From Fistulifera solaris (lineage: Eukaryota), in assembly GCA_030295235.1 (NCBI GenBank), contig AP026169.1, positions 434,001 through 498,000 of the forward strand: a stretch of DNA of 64,000 nucleotides, written 5' to 3'. The notes beneath the pieces were generated by a model that saw only the letters and a list, made by a program, of their open reading frames with translations, made no database searches and was not told the DNA's origin. The translations under genes were made by a program, and so were the position numbers. This document shows, one piece after another, positions 36,042-49,045 of the stretch. How positions within the stretch are numbered: position 1 is the stretch's first letter; each line of letters starts with the position of its first letter.

Positions 36042-37870
36042 CTACCGCGGCGCCGTAGGCAACAGGAACGTGCGGTAAATGGGATTGTCGGTTTCTTCAA
36101 TATACCGGTAACCCAATTTCTTCAAAAACGATTGCAAATTCGCATCATCGGACGATTCCGGAACTTGAATGCCGACCAACACACGACCAAAATCATCTCC
36201 GTGATTGCGGTAATGAAACAAACTCACATTCCACGCCATATCCAAACTCAACAAGAAACGTTGCAAGGCACCGGGAGATTCCGGAAATTCAAAACGAAAC
36301 AATCGTTCGTGTTCCACCGGGGAGCGGCCACCGGCCAAATGTCGAATGTGGACTTTGGCCAATTCATTGTGCGTCATATCGAGACACGAAAAACCATTTT
36401 CTTTCAAATTGTGCATCACGCCTTCAAAGTCATTTTCAATGTTCCGGACGGGTTGGAAGGAAATGAAAATGTGGGCTTCCCCGTACCTTCGTAACGGTAC
36501 GAGAATTCGGTCACGTTTCGGGGCCAAATGAGACTGTAGAGCATGCGGAATGTACCCGGTTGTTCCGGAATCGTCACGGCCAAGGTCCGTTCGGAGCCAT
36601 CGGCACGTTCCGACACGAATCGCAATCGATCAAAGTCCATATTCGCCCCCGATGTAATGGCCACTAACGATTGACCCGTTATTTCGTTTTCTTCAATGTA
36701 CTTGCGCATCCCCGCCACGGCCAAGGCCCCAGCCGGCTCCAACACCACGCGGGCGTCATTGTACGTCAATTTGATGGCGTTACAAATCTGATCGGTATCC
36801 ACAGTAATCATTTCGTCCACTAATTTCTGACATACTCGAAAGGTTTCGTCACCGACCGTTTTGACCGCGGCACCATCGGCAAAGAGTCCGACCGACGGGA
36901 GTGTGACCACCCGCCCGGCCTCCAGCGATTCCGTCATGCCCGCGGCATCGGCAGCTTCGACACCAATCACCTTGACCGTCGGTCGGACTCGCTTAACGTA
37001 GGCAGCAATCCCCGCCAACATACCCCCACCACCACAACACACAAAGATGGCATCCAACGGCCGACCGACACTTTCTTTCAAAATTTCCATGCCGATCGTT
37101 CCCTGTCCCGCAATCACGTACGGATCATTGAAGGGATGCACAAAGACCATATTTTCTTCCATTTGCAATCGTTTCGCTTCCGCCGCGGCTTCATCGTAAT
37201 TGTTGCCAAAGAGTCGAACTTCCACCGTCGGTCCCCCGTGCACCCGTACCGAATTGACCTTGATCGATGGTGTCGCGAGGGGCATGACAATGACGGCCCG
37301 GCATTGCAACATCCGCGCCGACAAGGCGACCCCTTGGGCATGATTGCCAGCCGAACAGGCGACAACTCCGCGGGACAATTCTTCTGGCGTCAAATGGGCC
37401 ATTTTGTTGTACGCGCCACGGATTTTTGAACGAAAAGACCGGTTGGGTGTCTTCGCGTTTCAAGTAAATGTTGTTTTTGAGTTGCTTATCACGGAGAGAG
37501 TCAATTGTGAGTCAGGTACGTAAGTACGGATACACTATCATGAGAAAAGACAGTCGCCTCTTCAACGTACCGCACTTAAATTTTTCGCGTGTTGTAAATC
37601 AGTTTCGATCGCCGCATCGTAAACACGAGCATTAAGGATGCGACTCAAATATCCCACGACATGTTCCTTGGCATCCAAGAGAACGGGAACACCGTGAGTC
37701 GTAAATTCGACTGTTTCAGTGGTTTTGTCGTTATTGTGGTAATGATCCGATACCGCCGAAGTGGATTTGCCATTGTTCTGTAGGGTAACTAAGGGAGTCG
37801 GTGGCCTTTTCTGTGCAAATCGTGAAAGCAAGCGACATGATTGTGCGATCAATGAGCCTCTTGGCATCAT
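36042..37870 (-). CDS. ilvA: Biosynthetic threonine dehydratase with ACT-like regulatory domains; intron 37485-37570, frameshifts ~37425, ~36480
   Basis: LKREDTQPVFSFK(IRGAYNKM), SAGNHAQG, GGGGMLAG, SGANMDFDRLRFV, FEFPESPGAL, FHYRNHG. Confidence 0.96.
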
Positions 37871-38567
37871 GATTGCTAGCTGATTGTGGTGAAGAGAGCG
37901 ATTGTTGTCGTAAATGTTGATTCAGATCGACGAGACAAGGAAGGAAAGATTGAAGCAACTTTTCGGTTTGGATCGAATGGTTGGCGTGTTTTTGTTTTCT
38001 TTTGCGTCGAGTGTTTTTTGTCTGTCTGAGGTCTGCGCGTCTCGTCTTTCTGTTATTGTTTCTGTTGTGCTTTAGGAGAAAGAGTAGAGTGTAGCCCTCG
38101 CTGTCTGACGTATGTCACAAAAAGTGTCAATCATAATGCATTAAGGACAAGGGGAATTCTTCACCGCCACGACTGCTTCGACTGTGCCTTACCCTCGGCT
38201 CGGATTGCTAGCCTGGTAAGCTACAATAGTTTTTATCAAATTTTTAATTATCGTGAGCAGCATTTTCAATGCACTCCTCTATTCTTCTTATCGAAAACTG
38301 TCGCTGATCGGTCGGTGTCGTCTGTACAAAGTATTCACTCTAGCCACAACTGTAGGCTACCCTTCGCCACGACTGCGTTTCAGTCATGAATCGATATGTA
38401 TGGAGGCAGGCCTTTTCGTTTCTAACTTGGTGTTTTTAAAACCCAACGTCCGTACAACCGACCGCATCGAAATGGTAACCCCTAGATTGTAGCATATTAC
38501 TTTAGAAATTGAATCTGATGCTTATTTTGCACTGTATATTCAATTCTACCACTTTTACAGTCTATGT

Positions 38568-39654
<1,087 letters not shown>

Positions 39655-40111
39655 GATATATGTTGTATGAGCTAGTAGAGGAAGGCTTATCAGAGAAATG
39701 GAAGTGTTTGTTCACTTGCAAATAATCATTTTTCTTCTAATCGACAGCAGGGTCAAAAGGCGTCCAAAAAGGTTATACGGAGTATGCATAAGAAAAAAAG
39801 CGCCGATTTTGACGTCACTCATGTCGTGACTTTAGACCTGGTTCAATCGTGAAAGCTCATGACCTTTTATTCTTTTCTGGATCCAGATCTTTGAAGCTGG
39901 TCTCTTCAGATTCCATCTATCACACATAATAACATACTCAAATACTCTGGATGGAGTTCTTCAACAAAACTCCAAACAACTCTGTTCGCGTCGCTGCTGT
40001 CAGCAAAAGCTCGCAACGACCGCAGCACAGCAGCTGTTCGTTGTGCGATCACCCCCTTCCCTTTCATGGCAATCATTTTGGAACTAATCTACATAATAAG
40101 TGCAATTGATC

Positions 40112-43100
40112 ATGGCTTCGTTACTAGAACGTGCTCGTAAGAGCGGCATATGTCCTCCTTCTCTTTTATCGGAGGCTTCGAACGAAGATGGATTTGAAGA
40201 GGCCGCGCTGCGAACGTTGGACGCTGCCGGTAAGTCCCTCTTCCGCCGCACCTGCAATTATGTAGTAGGCGTTCTCTCATAATAGTTGTTTCACAGAATT
40301 TCGATTGACTTCCAACATGACAGCGGCGGATAACTTCTCCTCTCTTTTACAGGTGAGTTAAGGATGGAATGGTTCATGCGGCGGGAGACTGTACGCGGGG
40401 GTTTCAAAAGTCACTGAAGAAGACGCGGGGACCAGAGCTATTTGCCGCAGCGATGATATGCGAGGCTGCGAAGAGGCGGCAAGCAGTTCTGTGGGGCTGT
40501 GATCCGCATATTCAGCTAAGGGGCTGAAGCAGTTGGAATCATCTGCTTCTTGACGTCGGGGACTCTCTCATGAGACCGATAGACGCTCCTGTGTTTTGAT
40601 CTATTCATTTGGCTAAACAAACTACGATAACTTGTATCGAAAGGACTGGCTCTAAAAAGCGACAGAGGGCAGACATTATACACGGCTGCCGTTTTCTTTT
40701 ATCTATCTATTGATGAAGGATACCAACGACACTATATCTTCCATTTAGAGTCATTTCCTAGCTACCTTTGATAGCCTATCGGGCCCTTGTGCGCCTTCTC
40801 GAACGACCCTTAGCCGTTAATACACATCAACTACAGACTCTGAAGCATCTTAAGTACGGCAGCATATGCATACATTGGATAGGCTTTCGAGTAGCAATAG
40901 TCACAAACATTTGTGATCTTTCAATCTGCCCCGTTGCCAAACTACCGCATCGCTCTATTGTGTCACCAATCATATTGATTTGTCAGTGTTCCAACTTTCT
41001 CACTTGCTGTTCGTAATGTTTACATGGTTTTAGGCATTTAGTATGGAGAAGATTAGTCCTGATAATGATGAACTGAAAAAAATCCGAATGATCCAGCGCC
41101 GCACGATTCTCCTAGCAGTCGTTGCTGGAACCCCTGCCGATAGTCCTACCTTATCCAGAATTATTGATGAAGGATATCTTAGTGCAGTCAAGATGTGGCT
41201 TGATGATGTATTGCAACATTCTGTTGGTGAGTCTATCATTGAATATAATGTGTCGATAATCAATTGCATCACAGCTTCTCAACTTTCTCGCTTTTCTAGG
41301 TTCTGTTGACTTCTTGCTTCATCTATTAACATGCATTGTAAACTTACCTGTAACAAAGAACGCCGTAAAAGAATCTGGTATGGGTAAAGCCATAGGTACT
41401 ATAGAAAAGCACCCCATGTGCAAAGGTAGTCCCAATGAAGCTGCCATCTCTAAGCGTGTACAGGATATAAAGGAGGCGTGGAACGCGTCTGTGAAAGCGC
41501 GTAAAGCTATTGAGTCAACTAGTGAAGTTTCAATTACATCTAACAAACGTGCCAACGAGGAAATTAATGATAGTCAATTATCTTCCAAGAAGCCGAAAGT
41601 GTCGTCAACAACCAAGAAATCGTCCTCATTCTCGACTCTCCTCAAAAAGTTTCCGGTCCTCCCAAGGACGATTCAGCGGGAGACAAAGGGGATGAAGAAG
41701 ACGAGAAGAAACGTGAGTATCTTGTTGATCTCGAAATGCGGGGTTTCGTTACAGAATCTAATAATTGTTCGTTTTAGCTGTGAAGAAGTCGACGAAGCGA
41801 GTGAAGTGGTCGGATCACTTTGGGGGCGAGTTGACCGTGTCAAAGGTAGTCGAAGGAGGAGAGGTCGTTCAGTTCGACAACGATACATCCGTTTCATGGT
41901 CGGATAGGAAAATGCGCGATAGGTTGCGCGAGAAAGAGCTTTAGCAACCGCTAGGTATGTATTAGTTTCAGCTCGTTCTGCTACACGAATTGTCTCTCTC
42001 ACCTGGTGTGATATTACTATCCTCAGAAAAGCTAAGCTAATGGATGATGACGAGGACAACTTCAACTTAGATTCAAGGGTAGCATCAACTATGGTACCAA
42101 CTACAGCATGGCGCTTCCCCAATCTCCTACCTGAACGGCCGGATGTAGCACCAGCGAATCTTGTGTCTCAAGAAATAACAACTCAGAACTTGAGAATGCA
42201 GACTGTTTTAGCTGCTATGTACCCCTCGGAAAGTGACGTTCCTCCAAGACCTTCACCGCTGACTGAAGTCGAGCAAGCGCTTGACATGACATCGCAATCG
42301 TCTGCTATTGTTCAAGAGATTCCATTCTTTATTCCCGAACCGGTGGCCCCAGCACCTGAACCTGCCCCTGCGCCCGCTTACCAGCCCTTATCTGTTCCGG
42401 CCTTTGACCCTAACCAAGGGTATCAATCTTTCGTTGCTGCCCAAACCACTGGCGCCACTCCTGAATTTGTACAGGCGCTTGGACTACCTTTATTCCTTGT
42501 CGGGCAAAACGTACAAGCGTTGCAGACATTGGCCAGTTCACCAGGTTTACTTGCCAACTTCGTTGATGCAAGTGGCGCTTACGACCAAGCACGGTTGATG
42601 GGTCTTGTTCAAACCCTAAGTGTTACTAACGGGAGCCAACCTACACCGACTTTGTCATACGGTACAACAAGTGCAATGTACGGTACTCCTGCACCTGTTG
42701 CTCAGTATGGTCAACCACAGAGTTATGCTAGTCAGCCTCGTGGAGCTCCGCGCGGGAGCTCTGAAGGAAATCTTCATGTTAGTGGTTATGGTCCTAGCAC
42801 AACTGAAGCAGAGATCATAGAATTATTTTCACCTTACGTCCAGGTAGATCAAGTCGTTATGAAAGGTACATTTTCCTTTGTCAACACTAGCGACCCCTTG
42901 AACGCGCAGCGAGCTAAAGAGGCTTTAGCTGGGACATTGCTAGGAGGCATGCCAATTCGTATTAATCCAGCTCAGCGGAAAAACACAACTGCTTACGGTT
43001 CGTCTACGGTAGCTCCCGGTGGCAGTTTTAGTAGCGCTCCGAGTAACGGGGTTTATGGGCAGGGAGCAGTCGCTTCTGTACCGGCCATACACGTGAACAA

Positions 43101-43503
43101 TCCTGTATCCGATCCGGGAAGTATAGGGCAAACTAATGTCGATTTAGCGCGCGATGATAGAGGCAACCCCGCAACCAAAAACCTCTTTGTGGCGGGATAT
43201 GGCCCAAACACGCAAGAACAGGAAATCAGAGACATTTTTGGACAGTACGTCCATGTTATTGGTGTCGTCTCGAAAGGGTCATTTACATTCGTCAACACTA
43301 CAGACCGCGAGGCAGCTGTCCGTGCTCGCCAAGCTTTAAGCGGGACGATGCTAAATGGAGGGGTTCTAAGGATCAACTTTGCAAAGGAGACAGGGAGATT
43401 GGGAACTAGCTTCGATTTGACGTATGGAAAGGCAGGTGGCCCAAATGCCCAGGTACAAATGAACTCCAACGCAGGCCAATCTTATTATGGCCGAGGATAC
43501 TAG
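40112..43503 (+). CDS. PNUTS/PPP1R10-like protein: TFIIS N-terminal-like domain, PP1-docking RVxW motif, Pro-rich region, two RRMs
   Basis: Introns 40230-40296, 40353-41033, ~41227-41299, ~41713-41777, ~41955-42026; the first two splice in frame. TND-like LLHLLTCIVNLPVTKNAVKESGMGKAI...IKEAW; KRVKWSD around 41795-41815; RRMs NLHVSGYG/GTFSFV and NLFVAGYG/GSFTFV. Confidence 0.75.
40353..41033 (+). other. Unusually long (681 nt), highly structured intron
   Basis: GTGAGT donor and TTTTAG acceptor keep the frame. Multiple complementary segments identified by eye (see findings). Confidence 0.65.
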
Positions 43504-43622
43504 ATTCATAGTTCTAGGGCTAATTTACATGACACCAAAGTTTAGACAGCATGTGTGCACCCAGTCGATCGGTTAGAGTGTTCCTCGATTTCACTTCTGA
43601 CGGCATACTGGGTTAAACAGCG

Positions 43623-46600
43623 TTATCTCTTTTCGTGTTTTGACTTCGTGTTCTTCTTCTTACTGAAGGCCTCTGTTGTTGTACGCTGCAGTCTTTCGAA
43701 AACATTCAATTTAGTATAGTTGTTCGAAGGCCTCGTATCGTCTTGCCCGGGGTTGCATTATTTGCGGAGCCGCCGTAAGATCCACCACTTGTTACCTCTT
43801 GATGATTCGAGGTTTGTTTTACTGCAAAAGCTTGAGTAGTAGTCTTCTGCAAGCGCTCAAAGACGTTGAGTTGGGTGTAATCTTCATAGACGGAGTGGCT
43901 GTGATGCTGCGCGCTTTCGTGTCGACTGGCTTCAGCTCCATCATCTCCCTCTAGAAGATGGTCCAATAGTCTCGTAGCCGCTTCATCTGCAGTTTCTTGT
44001 CTCTTTTCCTGCTCGAAAAATATTTTTCTCTTTGTGTACCGGTGTACTGGGATGGACTAACGAGCCGCTCGAAGACCGATTGGTGCTTCTCTACATCCTC
44101 GTCTGGGTCTCTATGATCTGCCTCTTTATCAACTCTGTCATGTCCGGGAATAACGATCCTTTCCAGGCGATCAGCGATTTCGCGCGACATGGCTTTGCGA
44201 CCTGCTTTATCAGTTGAGGGGGGCATTGTAGAAGATATGATAACACCAAAATCCGTTCCACGTCCTTCCGGAGAATTGCGAGAAACGTCTTCAGAGTAAG
44301 GCGGAGGAGTAATGTAAAGTGTCGGGCGGGCGACTTGCTCATTTGGTGATATAGATCTCTCCAAGGAAGGAGGAGGTTTACCTTCGGCAATGTATGCTAG
44401 GTCGGCCATTATATCAGATGCCCATTCAGGGAGGTCGCTGTCGTCATCGGTATTGTGGCTTGAAAATGGCAAGATATCTGTATTTTTAATTGACGATTCA
44501 AAACTCCGACGGCTTTCTAAGAGAGCTGGTCGGCACATCATAGCTTCCAGTTCCGCAAGCGACGTTAAAAAGTTATTTTCTGGGTTCTCTTTCAAGTCAT
44601 CTCTCAATCTTTTCATTTCCATCTGAATTTGACGTAGGTGCAGCTGAAGCTCATCGTATTCGTGGGATTTCGTTTCGAGCGAATGCTCGAGGTTGTTAAT
44701 TTTCTCTTTATGAGAATCTATCGCGGACTCGCGACTCTTGAGGTCTATGATCTGCTGCTCGAGCGAAGCTATCCTCTCATTTGCGAGCACCAACAAAGTA
44801 TCGCCACGTGGCGCATTCGCTCCATTATCTTCTCGTACAATGTCCATAAGAGAAAGAATGTGCTCCTGTTTTTTCAATGAAGCAGCAGTAGCTTCTTCGT
44901 CTTGTTCCCGAATATAATTTTTGAATGCTGTTTCTCGCACCGACACTTCTTTTTCGGCAGCAACGAGCCTTTCGTCTAAAGACGAGGCAGCTCGGGCAAG
45001 AGCGGAAACTCGTCGTCTTTCTTTTACAATCATTCCGAAGAGTACCTTAGATATAATCTGCATTGCTTCCCTTGGATTCAACTCTGTCGATGAAAAGATC
45101 GTTTAGTCGATTGTCCGTGAAAATAATCCGACAATGTCTTTAAACTATACCTGTGAAAAAGTTTGTGAACTTCTCCTCGCTAAGAAAAGAATCGACGGTT
45201 TTAGTCGTATGGCCGTCACGAGACTTTGATGCTTCTACAGTGCCAAGACGACGGGCAAGCTGCCGTATGCGATCTTCCTTGAATTTGATTTGCAAGTCGA
45301 GAGATTGTGCTTCTTCAGAAGTAGCCAACGAATCCTTCATCATCACTTTTTGAGATGAAAGTTCAAAGTGCGCTTCCCATTCTTGAGCAAGTTTATCGGC
45401 TATGGCTTCTTTACGGGCGATTTCTTCAACTTTCTCGTCAAAATACTTTCGGATACCATTTATGATAATATCTTGTTCGGTGCCTGTATTGTTACTAGAC
45501 TGGGTCTCCGTTTTCCTAGATACATTGGATTTCCTGCCAACAAGCACTGGGTCTATCCCGGCTTTGGCCATTACTCCCTGCTTAACAGATAAGACCCGCA
45601 GGCGTTTTTCGGAGTCCCGATATTTGGCCCTCAGCTGACCCAGCTCCTCAAGTCGTGATTTCGAAACTAGATGTGCTTTTCGAGCTTCGTTTTCTTTGTC
45701 CGCCGTAACTTTCTGCAGACGACTGAGTTCTCTGTCCTTCTTCACGGCCTCTTTTGCAGCTGCTTGATTTCGTTTGCATGATCTCTGCGTTCTCGTGTAA
45801 TCTGCTTCTGCAAAAGAACTTTTCTGCGTTTCATCTCTTTCACGTCTTCTTGCAACCTCGTTATTTGAACCTGATTGCGAGATGATACGCTCGTCAAGCC
45901 GACCAATTGCTTGTGCTTTTTCCTCAGATTCTCTATGTTCTTGTCCTTTTCTTTAAGCAGGTCTCTCAAACTAGCAAGAGACGTCGCGTCGCTTGCGTGA
46001 GTGTTTCGTAGCTTTAGTAAGAGCTGCTCCCTCTCCGCTTCTTTTTCACTTAATGCTGATTCCATTTGTCTAACCTTCTCTTCATAAAATTCCCGCATAT
46101 TCTGTTGAAAAAGTACAATTATAGGATGAGAAATCGAGAAAGATGAAAAAGAGACGCTTCTTTGACTTACCGCATACTTTTCTTCGCTAAATTTCAATTG
46201 ATCAATAAGTTCTTCTTTGGCTGCAATTCCTCTAGAGAGATCAATCAAATTGGCCCGAATGTCATCCTCATTGCATTCATTAACTACGGCCAGGTGACCG
46301 GCTTCTAAATCGTCGTCTTGTATGCTGCCACCCTGCATGTTGGCATCTTCGTCGACTTCTTCATCTATCTCAGCAATGATTTTTTTCGATGCGGGCGAAA
46401 GGTAATCACTATCGTCAAAGTTATCGTCACGGACGGGAAGTGGATTTTGAGGCGTCTGGTCCATCGAAAACTTTTCAGATATTATATTTAATCGACGCCG
46501 TTCCGCTTCGGCTTGGTGTTGCGCTTTTTCGATGGAAAAGGGAACTTCGGGAGCCTCACGCATGTAGTTCCATTTCGCATTTGCTTCATGAAGCGATTTT

Positions 46601-48191
46601 CGCAGTTCTCCTATTTCTTTTCATAAGCATTGGCTTTGTCCAAAAATGTCTTTGCAAGAGGATTGTTATCGGGGTCTAGAGATACGTTCTCGTCGACGAC
46701 ACTTAGCTGTAATGAGTACAACTCCTTTTCAGCCTTAGCTGCGTACAACTGCTCCTCTGCCTCTTCTTGATGTTTCTGGACCCGGCGCAGTTCAGCTTTC
46801 AAGGCTTGAATTTCTTTATCACCATCTGTATTCGCTTTTCTTGGTGAATTGGACGGTCGAGAGGGTGGGATGCTGCCTCCGGGCTCATGTGCGTTGTCCA
46901 GATCTATGTCACCTTCTGCCCATGCTTGAAGCACATCTTTTGAATATTGCCCTTCTGCCAAAATATCAACACCGTCTATTGACTTTAAAAGGGCAGTCGA
47001 AAGGCTTTTGACTTGTGATTGCAATCCAGCGATAAGCTTGGTATTGGCATCCACATTTACAACAGCGTTGTTCTGAATATTCTTAGCTCGATTCGCGTAC
47101 CGAAGGCAACTTAAAGACTCTTCCAAGTTATCTTCTGAAGGAGAGACGCAAGCAATCATCAGTGTTTTATGGTTTCCTCCAAGACTTCCCTTCAATAATC
47201 GCGTGAGTTTCGAGTCTCGGTAGGGTACAAATGTCCTCCCGCGCTTCTTTGGGTCGCCCAGTGCAGAAATGACGTTTCCCAAAACCAGCAAACCTTTATT
47301 GATGTCAATGCCTTCTTTCATGCGTTGACCTTCAGCTTGGGTTCGCTTGATACGTTCTGATCCTGCTAGATCGACAAAATTGAATTTCGATTGCTTGATA
47401 ATGAGCCTCTCTTCGCCATCGGTTTCCTCAATTACCTTAGTCGACTGTTCAACTAAAACAGACAGTATAGCATGTGATCTAGAGCTGCATTCGTTCATTG
47501 CAGTCGCTCCTGTAACGCGTCTCAGCATTCCCCGCGATAGACACTTCAATGCGTCAGATGAAGAACTGACGAGCTCTTGAGTAGCTCCGACAACCTCAGG
47601 CTCGTGCGAGCCTCCTAGATCTCGTATCGTAAGCTTATCACCACCATTTCCAGGAACTAACAAGTCACGAATATCTTCGCCATATATCTCCAAGAACTGT
47701 AATCGAACACGATAATCCGACGAGCTCGAATTTTCCTCTAGTTTTTGAAAAAGTAACGAGAGTGAGCGTGGAATGATGCCGGATTGGTGCTGGTTTCCGT
47801 CTGCTGCTAACAAAGCCTGATCATCGGGCCCCATCATGGTGAACGTTTTACCGGAGCCTGTTTGCCCGTACGCTAGTATGGTCGCATTATATCCTTGTAG
47901 GCAGCTTTCCACAAGTGACATGCCACAATCGGTAAAAATGGCAGACTGCTCCGTGTGACTATCAAAAACCCGATCGAAAGTCAGTAGTGGGCCAGATTGC
48001 CCACCCACTTGAACGGATTGCTGAAAAACTTCAAGACAACGATCGGAGCCTGCCTCCAGCGCCAGCAAAGGACGCACTCTCACGGCGACTTGAACACAGC
48101 TGCTCGTGTCGATGGGGCCTTTCTCAACATCCTTTGATACCGTCTCATCTTCATCAGCTTCGACGTCACTTTCTACCGTATCCTCTATCAT
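43623..48191 (-). CDS. Kinesin-4 family motor (KIF4/KIF21/chromokinesin-like); introns 46102-46170 and 45084-45150; several frameshifts
   Basis: VAVRVRP, GQTGSGKT, NECSSRSHA, FVDLAGSER, VPYRDSKLTRLL; kinesin-4-type coiled coil (IAAKEELIDQL, MREFYEEKV, MKRRKVLL); tail with three VFERL repeats. Confidence 0.92.
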
Positions 48192-49045
48192 TTTCAATTG
48201 TTATTGTGCTTTGCTAACACGAAATGCGCCGCTCACCGTGGCTAATAGCTAGTCTTCTACCTGGTAATCGAATGAATTATTATTGGATGTTGCGCTTGTT
48301 GTCATTTCGAGCCTTGCGTGAAACTGTGAAAGGCAAAAGCCTTCAGTCGCGGAATCCAGTCACGAAAGCAATGCCGTAGCTGGCAAAACCGTTGCAGTTA
48401 AATGCAAACCATCGTGGTGACTCCGAACTCCGAACGACTTTAAAAAGCCATACTCCAATGTACAGAGAATTCATACTCCTACTCAGGATGTATTTCAGCC
48501 GTTACTTGTTTCTGTTGCAGAAATCGTTGCATGCAATCAAAAGCTTACTATAGCAATTAATGTAGACGAAACATGACGACTTAAGTCAGATTGCTTCAGT
48601 CCCGTAAAATAGAGAATCGAGTGCTTCAATTTTTATGTTAAGGTTATGGGTTGCCGCTGCCCTACACTCTACACTTTTAACTATTGTACTAATTGGGGGA
48701 AGCACTCAAGCACGATAGGCCACTCACACTTGACCTTCACAGTGCAATCTCATCGGACCACGATCTTCCTCAGGATAGTACTCTTTCGTATTGATGTCGG
48801 CATACGTTTTCCAGATCCAGTCACGGGGGTGTCCTGCTAATTATTGATTGAACGGAAAGTATTTCGAAATCAGCCCCATGTAAACTGTACAAATCAAAGC
48901 TGGCTTGGCCTTATCTTCTCTCCCGCATTCCCGAACGCTTTCGAACTTTCAACAGCTGTGCAACAAACGATGTTCATTTCTCGCGAACCGATTCATTCGT
49001 TTTTCTCTTATCACAAGCTACGATTTCACTCCACAAGATCACATC

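Noticed and set aside
33447..37870. Programmed ribosomal frameshifting or pseudogenisation in SNW1 and ilvA
   Set aside because: Breaks coincide with homopolymers across many unrelated genes and catalytic motifs are intact; assembly error is more parsimonious.
40400..40570. RNase MRP RNA, telomerase RNA or TPP riboswitch inside the long intron
   Set aside because: GAGAGTCCCC (- strand) and GGGGCT (+ strand) are on opposite strands and cannot form P4. No CCCTAA template repeat and no CTGAGA...ACCTGAT TPP core seen.
46102..46170. Hydrophobic insert VSQRSVSFSSFSISHPIIVLFQQ in the kinesin stalk
   Set aside because: It is a 69-nt in-frame GT-AG intron read through by the ORF finder.
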